Below, piece after piece: positions 18,588-26,793 of a DNA stretch of 32,000 bases (within the stretch, counting starts at the first letter, position 1; the number at the start of each line of letters is the position of its first letter). The stretch comes from Paramicrosporidium saccamoebae KSL3 (Eukaryota > Fungi > Cryptomycota). The stretch covers positions 22,015 through 54,014 of the forward strand of contig MTSL01000178.1 in the NCBI GenBank assembly GCA_002794465.1, read 5' to 3'. The position numbers and the translations under genes were made by a program. The notes beneath the pieces are model-generated. The model did no database searches. It saw only the letters and a program-made list of their open reading frames with translations, and had not been told where the DNA came from.

Positions 18588-21147
18588 ATGCAGGCAGTAC
18601 CACTCAAGAAAAGCCTTCCCGTCTCATTCAAGGCACTTGGTACCTATATCGAGACTGGACATCACCAGGACCCGGAAGAGTATGAGGTGGAGCTGAAGAA
18701 GCTCGATGACTTGAGACAGGCAGCCATCAACGCAGTGCCCAGCGCAGAAGGTCTGGCTCGACTTGCCGAGTATCACGGACAGCTCTCAAAGCTCTCCACG
18801 CGGTTTCCAATAGGGGAGGATGGGATAAAGATTGCCTTTTCATGGTTCAACTTTGCAGGCAAGGAAAAGAAGCCAAGTATGTGACTTTTTAATTTTTCTC
18901 ACACTACATTATAGTTGCCTCGCATGAACTGAAATTTGAAGAAGCCTCCATCATAGTAAATATTGGGGCCACGTATAGCCAAATGGCTGCTCAGGAGAGC
19001 TATGGCTCCGTTGATGGTCTCAAACGTGCATATAACAACTTTTTGAATGCTGCGGGTGCCTTTGAATCGGCGGGTCGTTGTGCTTCGGGCGCGCCGATCC
19101 CTACCACTGACCTTTGCGAGTCGTCCATTTCCTGTCTTGTCGCCATGATGCTTGCTCAAGCACAAGAATGTTTCGTACAAAAGGCGATTCTCGAAAAAGC
19201 TGTCAAGGACACGACTCTGGCCAAACTGGCCATGTCCACGTCTGCGTTTTTCGAGTCTGCAAAATCCCACGTTTCCAAGAACAGTGCAACCGGAATGTTT
19301 GCAAATTATGTCGACTGGCTGGCCGGTAAAGCGGCTCTATATCGGGGCATTGCTCATTACCGCAAATCGACCGAGTGTCTCGTGGCATCGCAATATGGAA
19401 GAGAGATTGTCAAGTTGCAAGAAGCCGACGAAGCAGTAAGGGATGCCAAAGAATTGATCAAAAGACTTCCATCAGAGTTGAGTAACCAAATTACCGCCCT
19501 TGCTGTGTCGGTTACAAAGAATCTTGAACGCGCGCTAAAAGATAACTCGCTGATTTACAATGATCCCCTTCCTGCTCGAGGTGCATGGGGCGATTGTGGT
19601 GCTGCAGTTATTGTCAAAGCCACAGCTTTTCCTGATGCAGCAATCAGCTCCTATACAACGGCGCCGTGTCTATTTGAACGACTGCCAGTCATTCATGTCA
19701 GTAGAATACTGAATTCGCTTGCTGTGACCCGTGACCAAATTGTGTCTGAGCAACTTGTTCGTCTAGATGCCGCTGTATCCACTCTCGAGGGCGCGTTTAC
19801 TAAGCATCAGCTTCCAGGTGTTGTTCATTCTGTGCTCTCTCCAGAGGGACTTCCAGAGGCTTTGATCGCACAATCAGATGAGATTCGTGAAAAAGGCGGA
19901 TTTACTGCATTAGAAGAGATTCGCGAAAAGGTGCAAAATTTGCGTACAGACTGCTCAAAGATTGTCAATGCAACCACTTGCACGCTTGATGACGAAGAGG
20001 CACAGGACAACAACAACCGACAACGATATGGTCCCCAATGGACACGGGCGCTTTCATCGCAGCTCAACAAGATGCTTCGTGGTCGATTAGACGAGCTAAG
20101 GATGACCTTGAAACAGGGCGAGGCTGCCGATGCCAGTTTCATTGAGATATATAATGAGCATATTCCCTCAATCATCAGTCTATCTCTTTCAAAGGAAGAT
20201 TTGGAAGATGCTGTTCCTGCTTCAAGCTCCCGTAACCTGGGCATACCGGCAGCGGTGGTTGGGGAAATTACCGCAGCTATTGAACGGAAAGATCATCTCA
20301 TTGGATGTAGAAACAGTCTTGGAGAAGAACTGGGAAGTGCCATTGGGTCTGTAGATATTGTTGCGCGTGCTTTAGAGTTGGATGGAGAATCCGACATCGA
20401 AGCAGTGATCAGCAAAGAACTAAGGGATGCAGCAGAGTCCATCGGACCCAAACTAGACCGACTTGACAGTGACATTGCCGAATATCTGCGATTTTTGGAG
20501 CGCCTGATGGCAGATTTCTACGAAAGCTGTCCCAAGATCCAAACGTCAATGGATGAGCGCGGAGTTGCCTTCCAGCGGCTAAATGAAGCATACAATGCCT
20601 ACTTGGCCTTGATGCCCCAACTTGGTGCCGGCCAGCAGTTTTACACCGATTTACTGGAACAGCTACGCTCGCTTCAACAGGTCTGTGCCGATTTTGCACA
20701 AAATCGGCTTGGGGAGCTTCAAGAAATGTCCAGGTAATTTAGAAGCCGATATATTTACTGTGTAGGAATCTGGACAATGCTGCTGCTTCCCACTACGGAC
20801 AACAATCGGCTCCCATGTATGGTCAGCCGCCGGCGTTTGGTGGACAACCTTTGCCAATGTACAGTCAGCAACCCTCAGCTGCACAATACCCAACTCAACA
20901 GCCGCCTGTACCTGGTGCATGGAACCCTTCCATCCCGGTACGATATGGTGCACCACAGAACGTGTCGCCGGCATCTTATGGTGCGCCTGATCAAGGGAAT
21001 CCCTACCCAGTAGTATATCCATCAGGAGCACATCAACCAGGAGCATATCCGCCTGGAACGTACCCACCGGGAGCATACCCACCTGGAGCATATCCGCCTA
21101 ACAACGGACCCTTTGGTTATCAGAACCCGTATTATCGACCACAATAA
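18588..21147 (+). CDS. BRO1: BRO1-domain ESCRT adaptor (ALIX/Bro1/PalA family) with V domain and proline-rich tail, about 829 aa, 3 exons (18588-18876, 18915-20733, 20766-21147)
   Basis: AVPLKKS, LDDLRQ, I.F.W, FEEASIIVNIGATYSQMA, MLAQAQECF, A..DN.LIY and the V-domain RYGPQWTR..S; Pro/Tyr/Gln-rich tail. Introns 18877-18914 (38 nt) and 20734-20765 (32 nt). The Bro1 versus PalA/Rim20 assignment is not resolved, and the 5' end may have an extra exon. Confidence 0.88.
21025..21099 (+). repeat. 5 x 15-nt coding repeat (GAHQP/GAYPP/GTYPP/GAYPP/GAYPP) in the BRO1 tail
   Basis: ggagcacatcaacca ggagcatatccgcct ggaacgtacccaccg ggagcatacccacct ggagcatatccgcct. Confidence 0.85.
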
Positions 21148-21250
21148 AGTCTACCGGATCCAACATTAGAAAACTACTTTTAGTGACACATTAACGGCAT
21201 AATTATAATTCATTCAACACACAACGACAAGCCACTGAAACTCTATGTGA

Positions 21251-22028
21251 TTACACAAACACTTCGGCGTCCTCTTCATCAAGCAGCATGCTCCGTGACG
21301 ATTCCTCCAGAGCCGTCGTATCTACACACTGGGACAGCTTTGATCCATCCTCAATCTGCTCATTCTCCTTCTTCTTGTTGCTCTGAACCTTCTTTAGACG
21401 GAAAAAGTCCTCACGATCCTGCTCATCCAGCTCGCTCGTAATGTACGCCACTGTATTGTCTACCTTGGGGAGTACCACATACTCGAGCGCATTAACACGT
21501 CGATTAGTGGCCTGGATGACCTCGTCCAGCAGGAAAAATGCCGTCTGCAAAGCCGCCAAATCAACCAACGCCTGAAGCGACTTTGAAAACGCTTCCCTGC
21601 ACTTTTGCACCTGCTGTCCTCCACGTCCCAGCCACTGGGCCTCTCCACCCGTCCCCACGCACTCAAACACCGGTAGTTGTACTCCCGATACATTTTCCAT
21701 GCGGGCGCGCACCTTTACTGCCGCTGAGCCCACCTTTTCCCGGACCGCAAAACTAATGTCGCCAGCTGCAAAGTTGACCTCGGCCAGAGCAAAGGCGGCC
21801 TGTCGCATCGTCTTTCCCATAAGCAGCTTGGCGTCACGGATGCGCTGCAGGATGATGCGGAAGCGAGCAGTGAGCGCGTCGCTTTTGCGCTTCAAAAGAC
21901 TGTGCCCCTTTTGGGCGCCCTTTAGTTTAATTTTCATGTTGTTGAGAGCCCTAGGTGATCGATTAGAAAGGTTGGATAGATTACATTCTAGTGGGAAAGA
22001 CTGAAAGCCGTTGTTGTGCCGAAGACAT
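21251..22028 (-). CDS. VMA8: V-type H+-ATPase subunit D, 247 aa, 2 exons (22028-21985, 21950-21251)
   Basis: Spliced N-terminus MSSAQQRLSVFPTRM|ALNNMKIKLKGAQKGHSLLKRKSDAL; TNRRVNALE.V..P and ELDE.DRE.F.RLKKVQ. 34-nt intron 21984-21951. Confidence 0.95.
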
Positions 22029-22118
22029 GGCGAGAGTGCAGGGGTGTGACTCTGAACAGAGGCTGTATTGGTCGGGCGGGATTCCATATGTACAATACAC
22101 TCTATATATATGCAATGT

Positions 22119-22874
22119 CTATTTGGGCTTGTCTTCTTGTAATTGGTCTTCAGAGAGAAGCACATACTCGCGAGTACTACAAGCAAACTTGATAATGTCC
22201 ATTGGCCTCAATTCGATATATCTGCCAGATTCAATCTTGGTGCTGTTTATAAATGTTCCGTGGGTGCTGTCCAGATCGATGATGTATGGTTTGATGGAGG
22301 TGGAATAGTTTCCATATCCCAAGTCAGTGGAAACTTCTCGGTGTTGGATGACTGCGTGCTGCTTACTACAGCTCTCATGTCCAACAATCATGTCTGACAC
22401 CTAACACTATGAGTAAACTTGACACCGTACCTGCGGATCTCTCCCGATTCGATAACACGACTTGACGCCCACTTGGAACACTTCAACCTGTTTATCGTCC
22501 TTGAACACGTGCATTCGCCACCGTACAGTCGGTCGACAGGCCTCACTCGGCTCATCATATTTTAAAGTGACGCCATTCCGTAACAGTCGGTCCTCAGCCA
22601 GCTTCCCCGAAATAGAATAGTTAGGAGCGGCACGACGTGGTGAAGGCTCTTTCGGCCCGAACCCAGGAGAGTAACGAGAACGGTGACTGCCATGACGCGG
22701 ACTGTCGTGGCCATGACTGCCGTGACGAGGACTGTGTGAGCGGGACCTACTTTTACGAGGTCGCCTACGAGGACTCGGAGATGGTGATCGACTCTGATGC
22801 CGACTCTCCCTGGAACGCGAGCGACTGTGTCTCCGCCGCTCCCTCCTTGGAGGAGTGCGCTTACGACTATTCAT
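22119..22874 (-). CDS. PML1: SNIP1/Pml1 FHA-domain splicing factor (RES complex) with RS-rich N-terminus, 241 aa, 2 exons (22874-22431, 22400-22119)
   Basis: PNYSISGKLAED, GVTLKYDEPSEA..P..RWR..VFK, YRIGRD, HESCSKQHAVIQHR, KPYIIDLDSTHGTFIN and RY.EL...D.IKFA.STREYVLL. 30-nt intron 22430-22401. Confidence 0.92.
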
Positions 22875-22946
22875 GGAACTTAAAGATAAGAAACAGATTT
22901 CCAATCGCATGACACTGCATATGAAACGAAACTTTATTAAGCACAT

Positions 22947-23456
22947 CTAGATGAGGAGACGATCAAGCTGGGTCCTGATGGCGAGAATCTGCGGCTTCAG
23001 CTCGCTTCCCTCGTTGGCAGTGACGGAGCAGGCCACAACAGGTCGTGACACACCGCAAGCACGGCCGAGCGCCACCTTGGATGGCACAAACACATACGGC
23101 ACATTCTTGTCCTCGCACAAAAGCGGCAAGTGCAGAAGAATCTCAATTGGCTCAGTATCGGCAGCCATAACGATAAACTCGGCAATACCGCGGTTCAGGG
23201 TCTTTGTTGCTACACCATTATTACATCATAGAGCATCTCATACCTTCGTTGGCACCCTTACGGAGCTGCTTGTAATGCGAGGCCTGTTGGACAAGGTCGA
23301 GGAGGGAGTTGCTCATGGCCGAGTCGGCAAGGGGGAAGGCTTTGGGGTTGGGTGTGGAGGAGGTCTACAAAGGGGGGAGAGGAGGGCACCGGATGCACCA
23401 GAGACCATCCTTCTCCGTGCCCATTAGCATCATTCCAGGAAAGGTGGGCATACCAT
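22947..23456 (-). CDS. SNU13: Snu13/15.5K/NHP2L1 kink-turn-binding protein (U4/U6 and box C/D snoRNP), 128 aa, 3 exons (23456-23454 ATG only, 23364-23244, 23209-22947)
   Basis: Spliced product M|[40 protein letters not shown]|[57 protein letters not shown]. Intron 1 is 23453-23365 (89 nt) and intron 2 is 23243-23210 (34 nt). Confidence 0.95.
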
Positions 23457-23501
23457 ATCCAGGTCAGTGAAGCGCGTCGAGCTTTTTCACCCCTGGTCAG
23501 C
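23424..23501 (-). promoter_or_regulatory. Predicted box C/D-type kink-turn formed between the SNU13 5' UTR and intron 1 (cis-regulatory RNA element)
   Basis: 5'UTR G-CUGA-CCAGGGG (23501-23490) pairs with intron UU-CCUGG-AAU-GA-UGC (23441-23427). This gives a 7-bp C-stem, a 3-nt bulge ending in U, tandem G.A/A.G, U.U, G-C and C-G pairs. Paired by hand, not with a folding program. Confidence 0.7.
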
Positions 23502-23529
23502 AAGGACCAGGCAATATAGGTCCTACGAT

Positions 23530-25353
23530 TTATTGCACCAGTTCTCTAAGGAGATGCACAACATCGCGAGTTAGCACTAGGATGTTGGCCACTTCTCTCT
23601 TGATGTCTTCAAAGTCTTCCAGCAAATTTCGAATCTTTTTCGCAGCGACTCCCAGCTGGACTAGCTTAGTCTCGCATATTAGATCAGGCGAATAGCCCGG
23701 AATCTCCACAAATTGTTCACAAAACTGCTTTACCAGACAATCCACCGTCTCTCTAGCCTCTGGAGATGTATCGCCTGCTGTCATTGACTTTAACTCTTCT
23801 TGCAGCTCTTGAAGGGTGTTTTTGATAGCAGAACCGACAATTTCTATGGTCCCAGAGCCGGGAAACACGCCATCGTCGCGAAAAGAATAACTGTCGTCCT
23901 TTGGAATAAGCGGAAGGCTCTTTTCTTCTACTTGATCACTCTGAAGCTTTTCCAACCGATCGTCACCTCTTGGAATGGGCGGAAGGCTCTTTCCCAGTTT
24001 TTCCGCTTCCTGATCACTTCGGAGCTTTTCTAACCAGTCGATGCCAATGTAGGCGGCCATATTCCCATTCCGAGCCCCTCTTTCCTCCATGAGAATGAAT
24101 TCACGTAGTTCCTGCTCACGAAAAGTCAGTTGCACGAGGTCTTTGAATTCAGCGTCATTCAGTTTGCTCAATTTGTCTCTTGGTGAATTGCCAGTCATTA
24201 GATTGGGCTGGGAATTGTTGCGTCTCTCAATCTCTAAACAGACATCGGCAAATAGCCTTGAAAGTTGCGTGTTGTCTAATCCTAAACTTCGCCAGCCAGC
24301 TTCAGCCTGTCCCATCTTTTCTCGAAAGGCTTCTCTACTTTTGGTGTTGTCTGCAAGGTCTTCCACGCGACTAACCGCTGCCCTCGCTACCTGATGCTTG
24401 CTAATAAGCTCTAGTAATCTGTGGCTGCCGCTCTGTACCGCGTAATGCAGGGCTGTATGTCCAGAATAATCACGGAGCAGTGAATCTGCTCCCATTGCAA
24501 GTAATAGTCTCACCAAAGACTCATCGCCAGCCAAAGATGCGTAATGTAAAGCAGGCAGTGTCCCTTCTTTCGACTCGTTTACATTGTGACCCGCTATCCA
24601 AGCGCTAATAATCCCACTAATGTCTTGATCCAAGAGACATGCGCTAAATACACCCTCGTATTCTGTGGGTTCTGCATACTTTTCCTTAATGTGATGCTTA
24701 CGATCTGTCACTGGGAGTTGCCGCGGAGCCAGAGGGAATTGCTTTTTGGAACACTCGTTCCCATGCAACTCTATACTCAGTAACATCTCAACACTTGTAT
24801 TTCCATAATGGATGGGTCGTACTACCGAAATGAACTTTACATTCTCTGCGAGATCGAATGCATGTACTGCCGCACAGGCTGCACAGACGGTAATTCCCAG
24901 GTTCTGGACAATAAAACACGGGTCCCTTTGGAGACAATCAGAACAGAATTGATTATAAGGCTTGGTCTCCATGATTTGGCTCAATTTTTCCCGGTACACG
25001 GACGGGCCAAGCATCTGGGACCTAGATGCCTGTCTTTTAATGAGCGATATCCCTGCATCAGGACTTCCTAGGGCCTTGTAATGTTGCAGTAAGAGATCGG
25101 ATGGCTTTAGCAAACGGCGCGAATTCGTTGGAGATGCTATTAGCAGGCAGAATCCGTCAGTCCCATTTTCCAGATGAAACTTTTTCATTGCGCTTTCAAT
25201 AAAATTTGCCGCAGTAGTGTTTTCCCGTACCATCATAGTCTTTGTCATATCGACGCCATGGTCGGAGTAGATCACCTTCAACGGCACAAAATCCTTTGGC
25301 TGTTTCAGATTGTGTACCACCTGAGAGGCAGAATTGAACGTGTCAACGGGCAT
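23530..25353 (-). CDS. GIT-like scaffold: RA-like domain + ArfGAP zinc finger (catalytic Arg absent) + ankyrin repeats + Spa2-homology repeats + C-terminal helical bundle, 607 aa
   Basis: CSDC-x16-CAAC; ankyrins ALHYAS..G....VRLLLAMGAD and GHTALHYAV; SHD-like LF.DVC.EIERR and RDKLSKLNDAEFKDLV; N-terminal KTMMV....TA..FIESAMKKFHL....DGFCLLI resembles an RA domain. Confidence 0.7.
   Translation of the reverse strand: MPVDTFNSASQVVHNLKQPKDFVPLKVIYSDHGVDMTKTMMVRENTTAANFIESAMKKFHLENGTDGFCLLIASPTNSRRLLKPSDLLLQHYKALGSPDAGISLIKRQASRSQMLGPSVYREKLSQIMETKPYNQFCSDCLQRDPCFIVQNLGITVCAACAAVHAFDLAENVKFISVVRPIHYGNTSVEMLLSIELHGNECSKKQFPLAPRQLPVTDRKHHIKEKYAEPTEYEGVFSACLLDQDISGIISAWIAGHNVNESKEGTLPALHYASLAGDESLVRLLLAMGADSLLRDYSGHTALHYAVQSGSHRLLELISKHQVARAAVSRVEDLADNTKSREAFREKMGQAEAGWRSLGLDNTQLSRLFADVCLEIERRNNSQPNLMTGNSPRDKLSKLNDAEFKDLVQLTFREQELREFILMEERGARNGNMAAYIGIDWLEKLRSDQEAEKLGKSLPPIPRGDDRLEKLQSDQVEEKSLPLIPKDDSYSFRDDGVFPGSGTIEIVGSAIKNTLQELQEELKSMTAGDTSPEARETVDCLVKQFCEQFVEIPGYSPDLICETKLVQLGVAAKKIRNLLEDFEDIKREVANILVLTRDVVHLLRELVQ
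23894..24040 (-). repeat. Two-copy coding tandem duplication (DWLEKLRSDQEAEKLGKSLPPIPRGD / DRLEKLQSDQVEEKSLPLIPKDD)
   Basis: Copies at about 23894-23959 and 23960-24040 share ggaat..gcggaaggctcttt and tgatcact..g.agctttt. Confidence 0.8.
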
Positions 25354-25454
25354 CGATTGCGGCCAGCAAACAAATAAACAAAGTGTTTTTATAAAGTCGG
25401 GATATTAGTAGACAGTTTAGCAACGCGATTCCTTGGCACGTTTCATGATGCGCA

Positions 25455-26232
25455 TCATTGCAGACGTTTGGATCGAGAACCTTTTCCTGATCGCGCCAAA
25501 TTGGAGGGAGTATCCTTTAAGCGCGCTTGCCCAAAGGTAGTTTGGATGGGGCCATTACAAAAGAACTTGGCGCAGTGATGGCAGCTTTGTGGAACGTAGA
25601 CGCAGTCAGATTTACGAGCACATTGACAGACTGGCATCACCTGGGGACAGATTATGCACTCCTCAGACGATGGGGATGTGAAAGACAAGGACAAAGAGCC
25701 TTCATCGATGTCGGCTTTGTTGTCATCAGGCAGTACTGCAAGGGCAAACGGGAAATAAGTCGGTCGAGTACGTCTTGAGGCTCGCGTTCTGCTGGATATG
25801 GTAGGTTTAGTAGTGCTCGACTTGGTGGTGGTGGTGGTTCTTTGTATTCCCAGTTGTGTAGGCTTGGACGTAGTCATGGGAGGATTGACTACGGTTGTTC
25901 TTATTACCACAGGCACGCGGACAGTTCTTGATAAAGTCACTATGGCGACCCTCGTGGTCGAAGTGGTCTTAGTACTCGTACGCAAAGTACTCAATGGAGT
26001 AGAGCTGCTGATCGTTCGAGTGGCCACGAGAGATTGGGAGCTAGACGGCAGTGTCTGGATCAGAGTAGTCTTCGTTGTCTTGGTAGCTGCAGACACCTAC
26101 AGGATCAGCACCTGCAACTCCGCAAACCAAGGTTGAAGAGGGTCCATTCTCGTACTCAATCTCCACGCCCTCTTGACGGGGAATCTTGCGGGCGATGGCG
26201 TACGAGAGGAGAGCCAAGAAGATGAAATGCAT
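25455..26232 (-). CDS. Secreted Thr/Ser/Arg-rich mucin-like protein with an 8-Cys Opy2-like domain, 248 aa, 2 exons (26232-26128, 26096-25455)
   Basis: Signal peptide MHFIFLALLSYAIA. The 31-nt intron 26127-26097 (GTTTGC...GCTGAT-CCTGTAG) joins the two ORFs. The Cys pattern C-x2-C-x6-C-x-C-x5-C-x6-C-x2-C-x4-C resembles the Opy2 cysteine-rich region. Confidence 0.7.
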
Positions 26233-26465
26233 CGCAAACAAACCTCCCCTGCCTTATTGGGACACTCTATACTTGGGTCTGGACACGACCAGATTATCTG
26301 TTTCGTAAGTCTTGAGAGACTCCAATTGAGGCCTACCGATAGCAACCTGTACTTGCTGCTCGTCATTGACTGCTTTGTTAAGAGTCATTGCAAGCAGCCA
26401 TGTTAGATTCTATCCCAACCTCAGTCCGCTCTCGCTACCGAAAGACGTTGTTTATTGATGGATGA

Positions 26466-26723
26466 TTAGGCAGTGGGCAGCAATCCGGCATTAATGCATA
26501 GTTCCGGGTACGCTGAACAGACGGCTGCGTCAAAGGTCGTGGGCTTGTACGGGATTGTCACGGTGATAGGAGTGGTGGTCGGTGTGGGCGTTGGGGTGAT
26601 ATCGGGTGCTTGGTGGAGAAAGTCACGCATGTGCGCCATCTCGTGCAAGTTGTAGCCGTCAAATTCAGCGTCGATCGAACGGATAAAGGCCAACAGGAGT
26701 GGGAGAGCGGCGAAAAGGTTCAT
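26466..26723 (-). CDS. Small secreted Pro/Thr-rich orphan protein, 85 aa
   Basis: ATG 26723, signal-peptide-like MNLFAALPLLLAFIRSIDA, a TPTPTPTTTP tract and a C-terminal CSAYPELC pair. No homolog recognised. Confidence 0.55.
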   Translation of the reverse strand: MNLFAALPLLLAFIRSIDAEFDGYNLHEMAHMRDFLHQAPDITPTPTPTTTPITVTIPYKPTTFDAAVCSAYPELCINAGLLPTA

Positions 26724-26793
26724 GTTGTGGCCCGCACTAACCTGCTGCTGATATAAAGCACGGACGAGCTTTGTTGTGATTGCCTCTTTTAGG

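Noticed and set aside
23210-23243. Second box-C-like UAUGAUG in SNU13 intron 2
   Set aside because: None of the nearby CUGA elements (exon 3 or 5'UTR) gives a pairable canonical stem next to the bulge, so no K-turn could be built.
22119-23456. PML1/SNIP1 and SNU13 as a splicing-gene cluster
   Set aside because: Spliceosomal genes are numerous, so one adjacent pair is expected by chance without synteny evidence.
23530-26232. Functional link between the Opy2-like gene and the adjacent RA-domain gene (yeast Opy2 binds the Ste50 RA domain)
   Set aside because: That interaction uses the Opy2 cytoplasmic tail, which this secreted protein lacks; the adjacency is likely coincidental.
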